Below, piece by piece: positions 29,678 to 39,485 of a stretch of DNA of 64,000 nucleotides. The notes under the pieces were generated by a model, which had not been told where the DNA came from, did not search any database, and saw only the letters and a list, made by a program, of their open reading frames with translations. The position numbers and the translations under genes were made by a program. Each line of letters opens with the position of its first letter. Position 1 is the stretch's first letter. Source of the stretch: an uncultured delta proteobacterium (GTDB lineage Bacteria; Myxococcota_A; Polyangia; Polyangiales; Polyangiaceae); contig CAVOKF010000003.1 in the NCBI GenBank assembly GCA_963696385.1, forward strand, positions 352,001-416,000, given 5' to 3'.

Positions 29678-30690
29678 GCGAACGCTCCGACGATGCGTGC
29701 CAATCCGTCGCGCTGCTCGCGCAGGTGTCTCGGGGCGTCGGCGTACACGTTGTCGAACAGCGTGTCGGGGGCCGGCATCGGCGACATCTCGGCTTTCGCG
29801 ATCGCTCGCTGTACGTCGGCGTTCACATCGTCACGCAGCTGTCTTTCGCGATCTTCGCCCCAGCACCCGCGCTCCTCGAGCGTTCTTCTGAGGCGGTCCA
29901 CGGGATCGCTCGCGGACCCCAACTCAGGATTTTCGCCTTCCCCCGGCGGCATACCGACCGCCTCGATCAGCGTGGCCCCTTCACCCGCCGATGCGCGAGC
30001 GCGCGCCTCGCGCACGGCGTTCCATACGGCAATGACGTCGCCTCCATCGACCCGAACTGCCGGCAGTCCGTACGCGACCGCCTTCGCGGCGACGCCTGCC
30101 ACCGCCGTCCGACTCGACGCGGCCCGGCCGCCATTCCAGCAAAGGGCAATAAGCGGAACCCGCGCGACTCCGGCGAAGTTGAGTCCGGCATGGAAGTCAT
30201 GGCCGCTCGTGGCACGTTCTCCGAAGAGGAGCAGCACGGCCAGGTCGTGGCGACGAAGGCGAGCCGCCCAGGCGACACCCACCGCGTGGGTGATGTTCCT
30301 GCCCGGCAGGGGACTCGGACTCGGGATACGCGACCGCCCCAAGACGGCATCCGTCGCCGTCCCGAATGCACGATGGGCGTACAGCGCCAGGGGCATCCCT
30401 CGCCAGAGTGCCGCGCCGAACTCGGGGGCCCCGAGAAATACCCAGTCGTCGTCGCGCACGGCCGCCACCGCGCCAATCGCGGTGGCCTCCTGGCCGAGGG
30501 CGCTCGCGTGTTGCGTGACCCGACCGCTGTGCTGGAGCGCCGCCAAGCGCTCGTCCATCACCCGAGCCATCACCATGTGCTCATACAGCGCCCTCGCTAG
30601 GTCGTCCGAGATCGGCGGCGCGCCGTTGCGGCTGCGCACGCGGTCGTCGACCGGGCGCGGCGCAGTCCCCGGCGGAGAGACGCTCTGCAT
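29674..30690 (-). CDS. E1 alpha-like subunit with degenerate TPP-binding motifs
   Basis: GQEA, DFHAGLNFAGV, VDGGDVIAV, TLIEAV and LFDNVY are retained; GDG is replaced by GER; TGA overlaps the E1b start. Confidence 0.85.
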   Translation of the reverse strand: MQSVSPPGTAPRPVDDRVRSRNGAPPISDDLARALYEHMVMARVMDERLAALQHSGRVTQHASALGQEATAIGAVAAVRDDDWVFLGAPEFGAALWRGMPLALYAHRAFGTATDAVLGRSRIPSPSPLPGRNITHAVGVAWAARLRRHDLAVLLLFGERATSGHDFHAGLNFAGVARVPLIALCWNGGRAASSRTAVAGVAAKAVAYGLPAVRVDGGDVIAVWNAVREARARASAGEGATLIEAVGMPPGEGENPELGSASDPVDRLRRTLEERGCWGEDRERQLRDDVNADVQRAIAKAEMSPMPAPDTLFDNVYADAPRHLREQRDGLARIVGAFA

Positions 30691-30768
30691 CGGCGATGCG
30701 AGCCTAGCACCGTTGTCTCCCTTCGGGCGGAGGGGACGGACGACGCATTTTCGGCTATAGTGGATCGA

Positions 30769-32811
30769 ATGGCGCGGCGCGCATTCGTACCGCCCCCGAG
30801 CCTCGCCACGGACACGTCCCGCCGGCCGTACGGGTCGACCGCGACCTGTCCGCCCTCGCGCCCGGATTCGATGGGGCTTCGCCCGAGCGCGCCCGCACCC
30901 CAATCGTCGGCGGCGTCCGCCAGTGCCTCCAGCGTCCACCCGGATTCCCGTCGGCCGATTCAGGGGCCTTCTCGCGCCGAGGGCGTGCCAATCGTCGCCT
31001 GCGCCCAGCTTCTCGATCGGTTGGCTGCGGCCGATGAGGCTCCGTTTCTGGCGTCCTGGATCGAGAGCACTCTCGCCGGGCGTGGTCGCACGGAGCCGAC
31101 CTTAGCCGTCCGCCTTCTGCGTGCTTACCGTGAAACCGGCCGCATCGATCGGGCCCGCGATCTGGCGGCATCGCTGCCGAGCGCCCCCTCGTCCTGGCAG
31201 CCGCTCGATGCCGCGCGGGTCGCGATCGAACGCTGCATCCTAGCGACCCTCGACGGGCGCGGCGATCACGCCGAAGCCGAGCTTCGGCTGGCGTCGCATG
31301 CCCTCGCCGCCGCGCCCAAGGGCACGGGGCTGCGCGAGCAGCTCGACTTTCACCTCGCTCAGGCCCAGCTCGAACTGAAGCTCGACCGAAACGCCAGCGC
31401 CGTCCAGGCGCTGCGACTGGCCGAGCACGTTTCGGAGCGGATCGAGAACGGCGCCTGGCGCGCCTCCGTGGCCATGACGCTCGGACATCTCTCGATGCGC
31501 TTGGCCGACCCTCGCACCGCCGCCCGCCACTATACCGAGGCCCTGCTCAAGGCTCCGGCCCGCGGTGCCGTCGCCATGAGCGCGCATGGCAACGCAGCAA
31601 TCGCACTCGGTAGCATCGGTCGGTTCGACGAGGGCCGCCATCACGCCTCGCAGGCTGTCGCCATCTCCGGCGAGGTCGCATCGGGTTGGCGCCACGCGGA
31701 CGCGTACGACGTCTCGGCCATCGTCGAGATCGCCGCTGACCGGCCTGTCGCCGCGTTGACCGCCATCGACGAAGGGCTCGCTGTGCTCGGCGACATCGAC
31801 CAACGGCTGCTGCGCCTGCAACTCACGGAGCACCGTACGTGGGCACTCGCCATGCTTGGACGTGCGGAGAGCGCGAGGAATTGGCTCGCCAAGGCCGAGA
31901 CCCTCCGCGCGGACTTCGGGTCGATCGAAGCCATCGACGATCTCGACCTCGCCGTCACCAGAGCGCGCACGCTCGAAGCGGCAGGCGAGCTGCGCGGCGC
32001 GCTGCATCACGCGTTGGAACACGTCGGGCCGCCTTCTGACGCATTCGTCAGCGGCTCACTCAACCTGATCGTGGGCCGATGCGCGCTGGCGCTGGGCGAC
32101 GAGCCGGTCGCGCGAGCGGCGGTCGAGCGAGCGGCGCTGTCCGGCGATCGTCACGGCTGGGTATTTCCCGATCGCCGAGCGTCGCTCGCGCTCTGGCGTC
32201 TCGCTCTCAAATGCGGAGACAGTCGAGTCGTTCGCTACGCAGAATGCACCATCGCACTCGCCCAGACGGATTCGACGGTCGACGCCCCCGCCCCGGCTCC
32301 GCGGCGATCCTCGTCTGCGCCGATCGTCGCCGCGCCGTCGTCGGACGCACTGGACGGCCTGACGAGTGCGAACGAGGGTGAGCCCCTCATTTACGTGACG
32401 ACGCCGCAAGGCGTGGCGCGCATTCCCATGCCCAATCTCGCGCGCGCCACCGCCGGCGCCACTCTGGTCGTCGATACACTGACGCATGCTCTGCGGGTCA
32501 ACGACCGCGAAGTATCGCTCGAGCGTCGGCGTGCCCTCGAGCCGCTCGTCGTCCAACTGCTGCGGCGCGCGCGCGAGGGCCTGAGCGCGGACGAGATTTT
32601 GCGCGCTGCAGGGGGCCCCGGACCCGAGAGCGCCGACGCCGAGCACCGGGTGCGCGTCCTCATTTCTCGCGTTCGTGACCTGCTCGGTGATCCTGCGGCC
32701 ATCGAGCGGGTCCGAGACGCCGGAGAGCACGGCCGAACCCGGTACCGGCTCGCCGCCACTCTTCGCTTTGCACTCGTCGAGCCGCTGTTCAGCTCCGCCG
32801 CACCCCACTGA
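30769..32811 (+). CDS. TPR-repeat protein with C-terminal OmpR-like winged-helix; putative transcription regulator
   Basis: Ala/Leu helical repeats; C-terminus GLSADEIL...VRVLISRVRDLLG...TRYRL. Confidence 0.7.
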   Translation: MARRAFVPPPSLATDTSRRPYGSTATCPPSRPDSMGLRPSAPAPQSSAASASASSVHPDSRRPIQGPSRAEGVPIVACAQLLDRLAAADEAPFLASWIESTLAGRGRTEPTLAVRLLRAYRETGRIDRARDLAASLPSAPSSWQPLDAARVAIERCILATLDGRGDHAEAELRLASHALAAAPKGTGLREQLDFHLAQAQLELKLDRNASAVQALRLAEHVSERIENGAWRASVAMTLGHLSMRLADPRTAARHYTEALLKAPARGAVAMSAHGNAAIALGSIGRFDEGRHHASQAVAISGEVASGWRHADAYDVSAIVEIAADRPVAALTAIDEGLAVLGDIDQRLLRLQLTEHRTWALAMLGRAESARNWLAKAETLRADFGSIEAIDDLDLAVTRARTLEAAGELRGALHHALEHVGPPSDAFVSGSLNLIVGRCALALGDEPVARAAVERAALSGDRHGWVFPDRRASLALWRLALKCGDSRVVRYAECTIALAQTDSTVDAPAPAPRRSSSAPIVAAPSSDALDGLTSANEGEPLIYVTTPQGVARIPMPNLARATAGATLVVDTLTHALRVNDREVSLERRRALEPLVVQLLRRAREGLSADEILRAAGGPGPESADAEHRVRVLISRVRDLLGDPAAIERVRDAGEHGRTRYRLAATLRFALVEPLFSSAAPH

Positions 32812-32915
32812 GATCGAGTCGATTGCGAGCGGCCTCGTTTCGAAACGCCGCCTCCGCCCGCGACCGATTGCGAGTGGCCGGTCGTTCTAGCTCTTCCGCC
32901 TCGAAGTGCACGCGG

Positions 32916-33725
32916 TCATTCATCCATGGCGTCGGTCCGTTCCAGCCGACCGAGGAGCCCCAGGGCCAGCAGAGCGATCGCCGCGCCGACCACCACCCAC
33001 CTGAGGGGGTACGTTATCTCTGCGGCGGGGTTGCGCCCCATCCAGATCGGAACGCCCTCGACGGCCCAAAACCCAAGATGCGCCGCCACTGCAGGCACGA
33101 CGCTGCCGGTCCGCTCTCGCACCCAGCCGAGAGCGAGGCCAAGAAGCAACGCGCTCGGCATGGCTCGCCAGTCGAGCGAAGAGCCGGCGAACAGCACCGC
33201 GGTCACCACGATCGTCAGCGTTGCGGGAGCGGAGCGCCGCAGCCGCCCGTACAAAAGGCCGCGGAAGAACAGCTCACGCGCCAGAGGAATGACCACAAAG
33301 ATCCCGACGACGAGCGCGGCCCGCGAAGACCGAGAGAGCAATCTCTCCATGTTCTCCAGAGCAGCGGGGTCGTCGTACGGCCACTTGCGCAGGATCCGAT
33401 CGTCGAGCGCAGAGAGAATCAGGCTCGATCCGGCACCCGCGACGGCCCCGATGACCGGGGCGAGCAGCGCGCAGGAGCGCAAGCCGAACGAGGTCCGCAC
33501 GGGAAGGTCGTGAGGCTGGAGGCCGATGATGGCCACCGCGACGATCGACGTCGCCAATACATCGCACGCCGTCAGATTAACGACATCGGTCAACCCCCCC
33601 GGCCGCAACGCTTCCGTCGTCGCCACACACACTTGCTCGAGGAGCGACAGCGCCATGGTCCACATGGCCGCTGCCAGCGGCGACATCGGTCGATCGCTCG
33701 ACCCCTTGACGCCGGAACGCTTCAT
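32916..33725 (-). CDS. CPBP (Abi/CAAX) family membrane protein with degenerate catalytic motifs
   Basis: Multiple TM helices; PLARELFFRG, LGWVRERTGSVVPAVAAH; ATG overlaps the nadB stop. Confidence 0.8.
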   Translation of the reverse strand: MKRSGVKGSSDRPMSPLAAAMWTMALSLLEQVCVATTEALRPGGLTDVVNLTACDVLATSIVAVAIIGLQPHDLPVRTSFGLRSCALLAPVIGAVAGAGSSLILSALDDRILRKWPYDDPAALENMERLLSRSSRAALVVGIFVVIPLARELFFRGLLYGRLRRSAPATLTIVVTAVLFAGSSLDWRAMPSALLLGLALGWVRERTGSVVPAVAAHLGFWAVEGVPIWMGRNPAAEITYPLRWVVVGAAIALLALGLLGRLERTDAMDE

Positions 33726-35335
33726 CGGCCGCGGAGGTGCGCCGGAACGCCGCGCTTGATCACCGTGTCACGCGCAAACTTCGGATCAAGCAAGGGAAAA
33801 TCAATCGTGAAGTGAAGGCCTCGGCTCTCTCGACGGCTCGCTGCGCACTCTACGATCAGTTGCGCAACGGTCGCGATGTTCCGAAGCTCGAGCAAGTCGC
33901 GCGTTACGAAATACTTCCAATAGTATTCGTTGATCTCTTCTTGCAGAAGCGCGATGCGGCGCGCCGCGCGCCGCAGGCGCGAACTCGATCGCACGATCCC
34001 CACGTAGTTCCACATCAAGCGCCTGAGCTCGTCCCAATTCTGCGTGATGACGACGGCCTCGTCGCTCGACACCGCGCCGCCGACTTCCCACTCGGGTACG
34101 TCGGGCCAGGGCCGCCCGCGGTCGAGCGAATCTTTCAGCGCCAGGGCCGCGCGATGCGCGAAAACGAGCCCCTCAAGCAGAGAATTGGAAGCCAGACGAT
34201 TCGCCCCATGGAGGCCCGTACACGCGCACTCGCCGATGGCCCACAAGCCGGGAATGGTCGTGCGGCCGTCGAGGTTGGTCGTCACACCTCCGCACATGAA
34301 ATGGGCCGCAGGCACGACGGGAATCGGCTGCGTCGTAATGTCAATGCCCCAGCGCAGGCACTCTTCGTAGATGTTCGGAAAACGCTCTTTGACAAGGCCC
34401 GGCGGCTTTTGGGTGATGTCGAGTAGGACGTGGTCGGCGCCACTCCTTTTCATTTCGTAGTCGATCGCGCGAGCCGTGATGTCGCGAGGCGCCAGATCGC
34501 CGCGAGTGTCGTAGTCTGTCATGAACGGCGTCCCGTCGAGCCGTCGGAGAACGGCACCCTCGCCGCGCATCGCCTCCGTGATGAGAAACCGCCGGGCTTG
34601 AGGGTGATAGAGACACGTCGGGTGGAATTGATAAAATTCCATGTTTGCGATTTCAGCGCCCGCGCGGTACGCCATCGCCACGCCATCGCCCGTGGCGACG
34701 TCCGGATTCGTCGTGTACACGTACACCTTGCCCGCCCCGCCCGTAGCGAGCACGACAGCGCGGGCCAGAATGGTGATCACGGTGCCGCTCGCCTCGTCGA
34801 GGACGTAAGCGCCCGCGCAGACCTCCGGACCGCCATACTTGGCGAGCGTGATGAGGTCGACGACCATGTGCGATTCGAGCATCCGGACACGCGGCGAGCG
34901 GCCTACGGCTTCGAGCAGCGCGCGCTCCACCTCACGGCCCGTCATGTCCGCGGCGTGGGCAACCCTGCGCGCGCTGTGGCCCCCCTCGAGGTGCAGGTCG
35001 AGATCGGCATCGTCCTTCGCCCGTTCGACTTTGTCGAAATGCGCGCCGATGTCGCGCAGCATTTGGATTCGCGCTGGCCCGTCCTTCACCGACACTTCGA
35101 CAGCGCGATCGTGGCAGAGGCCCGCTCCCGCGCGGACCGTATCCACGATGTGCGCTTCGAACGAATCGTCCGCGCTGAGGACGGCGGCGATTCCGCCCTG
35201 CGCGTACTTGGTGTTCGATTCGTCCGCGCTTCGCTTCGTGAGCACGAGGACGTCGCCATTCGACGAGGCCTCGAGAGCGAGAGACAAACCAGCCACGCCG
35301 CTGCCGACGACGAGATAGTCAACGCAGAGAGGCAT
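33722..35335 (-). CDS. nadB: L-aspartate oxidase
   Basis: VVGSGVAG, SNTKYAQGGIA, EGGHSARR, QFHPT, GLHGANRLASNSLLE, RESRGLH. Confidence 0.96.
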   Translation of the reverse strand: MPLCVDYLVVGSGVAGLSLALEASSNGDVLVLTKRSADESNTKYAQGGIAAVLSADDSFEAHIVDTVRAGAGLCHDRAVEVSVKDGPARIQMLRDIGAHFDKVERAKDDADLDLHLEGGHSARRVAHAADMTGREVERALLEAVGRSPRVRMLESHMVVDLITLAKYGGPEVCAGAYVLDEASGTVITILARAVVLATGGAGKVYVYTTNPDVATGDGVAMAYRAGAEIANMEFYQFHPTCLYHPQARRFLITEAMRGEGAVLRRLDGTPFMTDYDTRGDLAPRDITARAIDYEMKRSGADHVLLDITQKPPGLVKERFPNIYEECLRWGIDITTQPIPVVPAAHFMCGGVTTNLDGRTTIPGLWAIGECACTGLHGANRLASNSLLEGLVFAHRAALALKDSLDRGRPWPDVPEWEVGGAVSSDEAVVITQNWDELRRLMWNYVGIVRSSSRLRRAARRIALLQEEINEYYWKYFVTRDLLELRNIATVAQLIVECAASRRESRGLHFTIDFPLLDPKFARDTVIKRGVPAHLRGR

Positions 35336-35441
35336 CGAACCGACATTAGCGCTCTTCGCGCTCGGTTGACACGAGGACGCTCCGCTTCTATCGAGCTTCC
35401 CCCGAACGACCCTGAATCGCCGTTCACTCGGAGGAAGCGCC

Positions 35442-36269
35442 GTGAAGATTCTCGTCGCCGTCAAGCGGGTGGCCGACCCCGACCATCTCAACCGGATCAA
35501 GCTGTCGGCACGTGGAGAAATCGACACGGCGAGCCTCGAACACAAGGCGAGCCCTTACGACGAGTATGCGCTCGAGGCGGCACTCCGTTTGACGGAGAAC
35601 GGAGCGAATCCCAAACAGCGACAAGGCGAAGTCGTCGTCGTGACGTTCGGTCCGAAGAGCTCGGAGCCTATGCTTCGGGCGATGCTCGGCACAGGCGCCG
35701 ACCGGGCGATTCGGGTGGACGCCACCGACGAGGAGCTCGACGGAGATCTCGTCGCGCGCGGCCTGAAGGCTGTGGCACAGGCCGAGAAGCCGGATCTCGT
35801 GCTTTTGGGATACCAACAAGCCGAGCACGAATCGGGCGAAGTCGGGGCGATGCTCGCGCAACACCTCGGTTGGCCTCAGGCGACCTCCGCCGGCAGCATT
35901 CAGAGCGAGGACGACAAGGCGCTCGTGGTAGGAAGGGAGGTCGACGGGGTCACGGCGTTCGTGCGGGTGACTTTGCCCGGTGTGGTGACCGCCATCGACA
36001 AGATCGTGCATCCCAAGAGCGTTCAGTCGAAATTCACTCTTGCTACGCACGTCTACCCGGATGGCGTTCGATTCGCCGCTCTCATGGCGATCATGGCCGC
36101 GAAGAAAAAACCACTCGTCGAGATGAAGCTCCGCGACCTCGTCTCTGACTGCGCAGTCAAGGTGAGGTACACGGCGGTCGAGTTGCCCCCCGCCCGTGGC
36201 GCCGGGGTGAAAGTCAAAGATGTCCGCGAGCTCGTTACGAAACTCAAGACCGAAGCGAAGGTGGTGTGA
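35442..36269 (+). CDS. etfB: Electron transfer flavoprotein beta subunit
   Basis: MKILVAVKRV, PYDEYALEAAL, GADRA, LGWPQAT, REVDG, AAKKKP. Confidence 0.9.
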   Translation: MKILVAVKRVADPDHLNRIKLSARGEIDTASLEHKASPYDEYALEAALRLTENGANPKQRQGEVVVVTFGPKSSEPMLRAMLGTGADRAIRVDATDEELDGDLVARGLKAVAQAEKPDLVLLGYQQAEHESGEVGAMLAQHLGWPQATSAGSIQSEDDKALVVGREVDGVTAFVRVTLPGVVTAIDKIVHPKSVQSKFTLATHVYPDGVRFAALMAIMAAKKKPLVEMKLRDLVSDCAVKVRYTAVELPPARGAGVKVKDVRELVTKLKTEAKVV

Positions 36270-37231
36270 TGACCGGCACTCTCGTCGTCGCAGAGCTCCA
36301 CAACGGAGACGTCCGCAACGCGACGTACAGCGCCATTGCGTTCGCAAGACAGTTGGGCCTACCGTTTGCGATCCTGGCGATGGGTGCGGACGTCGGCAAG
36401 GCCGCGCGCGGCCTCATCGGATTCGGAGCGCGGAAGGTCATCGTGGTCGACGACTCGAGCCTCCGAGATTACCTTTGCGAACGGTACGCTCCCACCGTCG
36501 CGACGATCGCGAAAGAAGGTGGCTGGGACACCATCGCGGTAACGGCGACCGCCTTCGGCAAGGACCTGGCCCCGCGCATCGCAGCGCGGATCGGCGCAGG
36601 GTACGCGCCCGACATCAACAAGGTCCGTGTGGACGGGGTGAACCGTCTCTACCGCCGACCGATGTACGCCGGCAACGCGTACGGCTGGCTCGAGATCGCA
36701 ACCGGCGTGCACGTCGTCAGCTTGCGCCAAACCGAGTTCGCCGCGGCCCAACCGTCGGGAGGCGCCAGCCCGATCGAGCAAATTCCCCGCGTTCCGGACG
36801 AGGCACCCGCGTCGCACATCGAGTTCGTGCGACTCGAGGCGGCGACGAGCGAACGGCCCGACCTCGGCGAAGCCCGAGTCGTCGTGTCCGGCGGGCGGGC
36901 ACTCAAGGAGCACTTCGCACAAGTCCTCGGACCTCTCGCCGACGCGCTGGGCGCGGCCATCGGGGCGAGTCGCGCTGCGTGCGATGCGGGCTATGCTCCG
37001 CCCGAGCTCCAGGTCGGGCAGACCGGGCGCACCGTCGCGCCGCAGCTCTACGTTGCGATCGGAATCTCCGGAGCGATCCAGCACATCGCTGGCATGAAGG
37101 GGTCGAAAGTGATCGTCGCCATCAACAAGGATCCCGACGCTCCCATCTTTCAGATCGCCGATTACGGTCTCGTTCAAGATCTGTTCATCGCCGTCCCGGA
37201 CCTCGTGGCTGAGTTGAAGGCCCAGAGCTGA
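36266..37231 (+). CDS. etfA: Electron transfer flavoprotein alpha subunit
   Basis: [46 protein letters not shown]. Confidence 0.96.
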   Translation: MMTGTLVVAELHNGDVRNATYSAIAFARQLGLPFAILAMGADVGKAARGLIGFGARKVIVVDDSSLRDYLCERYAPTVATIAKEGGWDTIAVTATAFGKDLAPRIAARIGAGYAPDINKVRVDGVNRLYRRPMYAGNAYGWLEIATGVHVVSLRQTEFAAAQPSGGASPIEQIPRVPDEAPASHIEFVRLEAATSERPDLGEARVVVSGGRALKEHFAQVLGPLADALGAAIGASRAACDAGYAPPELQVGQTGRTVAPQLYVAIGISGAIQHIAGMKGSKVIVAINKDPDAPIFQIADYGLVQDLFIAVPDLVAELKAQS

Positions 37232-37287
37232 CCGAGGCCCTTCGACCCACGCTCGCCTTCCGTGCGCGCCCGTTGTAATCGGGTTGG

Positions 37288-39147
37288 GTGAGCTATCTCG
37301 TCCTCGCCCGGAAGTACCGTCCCCAAACTTTCCACGATCTGGTCGGCCAGGAACACGTCAATCAAACGTTGGCCAACGCCATCGCCACGGGACGGGTGGC
37401 CCATGCGTTCCTTTTTACGGGGGTTCGCGGGGTGGGCAAGACGACGAGTGCCCGCCTTCTCGCCAAGTGCCTGAATTGCATCGGACTCGACGGGGCGGTC
37501 CGCGCGCCGACGGCGACGCCCTGCAACGTGTGCGCACCGTGCACGGAGATCACCGCCGGTCGCGACCTCGACGTTCAGGAAATCGACGGCGCGAGCTACA
37601 ACGGAGTCGACGAGGTTCGCCGGCTGCAGGAAGGAATGAGCTTTCGCCCGGCACGCGATCGATTCAAGATCTACATCGTCGACGAGGTGCACATGCTGTC
37701 GACAGCAGCGTGGAACGCATTTCTCAAGACGCTCGAGGAACCACCGCCGCACGTCAAATTCATCTTCGCAACGACCGAGGTGCACAAGATCCCGGGCACG
37801 ATCGTCTCCCGGTGTCAGCGCTACGACTTCAAGCTGATTCCGACCCAGGCGATCGCTTCACGCCTTCAGCAAGTGCTGGGGCTCGAGGCGATCGAGTCCG
37901 AGGCCGCCGCGATTCAGGTGCTCGCCCGCGAAGCCGCGGGATCGATGCGCGATGCGATGAGCCTTCTCGACCAAGTGATCGCCTTCAGCGGCACTCGCTT
38001 GACGAGCGACGACGTCACGCGTGTGCTTGGTGTCGCCGACCGCAAGATCCTTCACGAGCTGGCGACCGCTTTGACCACCGGTGACGCCGCGACGTGCATC
38101 GACGTGGTGCGACGAGTCGCCGAGCAGGGGTTCGATCTGGGGCACGTCGCAAAGGATGTTCTGCGCCATCTCCGCAATCTCGTCGTAGCCAAGGTCTGTG
38201 TCGCGCAGCCTTCGGGGCGCGCTTCGTTGCGCGAGCTGCTGGATCTCGCCGACGAGGAAGCTCGCGATGTCGTCGATCTTGCCGCGAAGGCAGAGACCGA
38301 CGACCTTTCGCGCCTTTTTCAAGGCTTCTCAAGGGCCTATGACGAGATCGCACGCAGCGGTCAGCCCCGAATGGCGCTCGAGATGGCCCTTGTTCGTTTG
38401 GCGAAGCGTCCCGCCCTCCTGCCCCTGGACGAACTGCTGGGACGCGTCGGCGATCTCGAACGCAGGCTGGGCGATTCACCCCCCCCCGGCGGTCCCGTTC
38501 CGCGGGGTGGCGGAGCCGGAGGCAGCCATCCCGGCGCTTCACGGGGCGCGCTCGCGCCCGCGTCCACCATCCCGTCGGCGTTGAGCCCCGACGCCAGACC
38601 GACGAGAACCCATGGATCGCTCGCGTTGGCCGAACCTCGCGGGGAGCCGGCGACGCGCTTGCCATCGCCCTCCCCCAGCCCGATGCCGGCCCCTCGGCCC
38701 GCCATCGACCCCCCCCCGCCGCTCGCGCACGTCCCCTCGGGCGACGCCGACGATTGGCGCCGAATCCTCCAGCGCGTGCGTGCCGTGCGACCTTCCGTCG
38801 CTTCCACGTTCGAACATGCCCTACCCGTCGAGGTCGGCCCCTCTCTCATCGTCGTCGGCTTCGACGCAAACGCATCGTTTCTGGCGGCTCGTGCGAGCGA
38901 AACCGAATTCATCGAGGCGATCCGCGCTGCTGCGCGCGACCACTTCGGTGCCCCTACCAACGTCGTGATCGAAGCCTCGCTCAAACCGCAGAATGCTCTG
39001 CGTTCGGTCGCCGCCGTCGACGCAGAATGCCGACGCGCGGCACTCGCCACGGCTCGCGCGGCCGTCGAGTCGCACCCCGTCGTCCGAGAGGCCATTCGCT
39101 TGTTCGACGCGCAACTCCGCGACGTGAAGCTACCTACGGTAGAATGA
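37288..39147 (+). CDS. dnaX: DNA polymerase III subunit gamma/tau
   Basis: YLVLARKYRPQTF, GVGKTT, Zn-binding cysteines, DEVHML, SRCQ, GSMRDA. Confidence 0.97.
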   Translation: MSYLVLARKYRPQTFHDLVGQEHVNQTLANAIATGRVAHAFLFTGVRGVGKTTSARLLAKCLNCIGLDGAVRAPTATPCNVCAPCTEITAGRDLDVQEIDGASYNGVDEVRRLQEGMSFRPARDRFKIYIVDEVHMLSTAAWNAFLKTLEEPPPHVKFIFATTEVHKIPGTIVSRCQRYDFKLIPTQAIASRLQQVLGLEAIESEAAAIQVLAREAAGSMRDAMSLLDQVIAFSGTRLTSDDVTRVLGVADRKILHELATALTTGDAATCIDVVRRVAEQGFDLGHVAKDVLRHLRNLVVAKVCVAQPSGRASLRELLDLADEEARDVVDLAAKAETDDLSRLFQGFSRAYDEIARSGQPRMALEMALVRLAKRPALLPLDELLGRVGDLERRLGDSPPPGGPVPRGGGAGGSHPGASRGALAPASTIPSALSPDARPTRTHGSLALAEPRGEPATRLPSPSPSPMPAPRPAIDPPPPLAHVPSGDADDWRRILQRVRAVRPSVASTFEHALPVEVGPSLIVVGFDANASFLAARASETEFIEAIRAAARDHFGAPTNVVIEASLKPQNALRSVAAVDAECRRAALATARAAVESHPVVREAIRLFDAQLRDVKLPTVE

Positions 39148-39164
39148 TACGGTAAGGAAGGGCC

Positions 39165-39485
39165 ATGCAATTTCGCGGCGGAATGAACGAGCTCATGCGC
39201 CAAGCCGCGCGCATGCAGCGCAAGATCGAGCAGGCAAAGAGCGAGATCAAGGAGCGAGAGATCACGATCGAGGGCGTCGGCGGCAAGGTGAAGATCGTGA
39301 TGACGCTCGGGCGCGCCCTCAAGCGAATCCAGATCGACAAGGAACTTTTGCAAACGGAAGAGGTCGAACTCGTTCTCGACGGTGTCTGCGCAGCGATCAA
39401 TCGCGCCATCGAGGAGGTCGACAAGCAGATGGAGGCCGAAGTCGACAAGGTGACCGGCGGCGTCAAGATTCCGGGGGTCGTCTGA
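39165..39485 (+). CDS. ybaB: YbaB/EbfC nucleoid-associated protein
   Basis: LMRQAARMQ...GGKVKI...AAINRA; between dnaX and recR. Confidence 0.92.
   Translation: MQFRGGMNELMRQAARMQRKIEQAKSEIKEREITIEGVGGKVKIVMTLGRALKRIQIDKELLQTEEVELVLDGVCAAINRAIEEVDKQMEAEVDKVTGGVKIPGVV

Noticed and set aside
26722..30760. Long + strand ORFs (780 aa, 587 aa) opposite the dehydrogenase genes, and similar shadows elsewhere
   Set aside because: Antisense to genes with clear motifs; expected at this GC content
37232..37287. SRP RNA (ffs) or tRNA upstream of dnaX
   Set aside because: The gap is only 56 bp and lacks an SRP domain IV motif or cloverleaf
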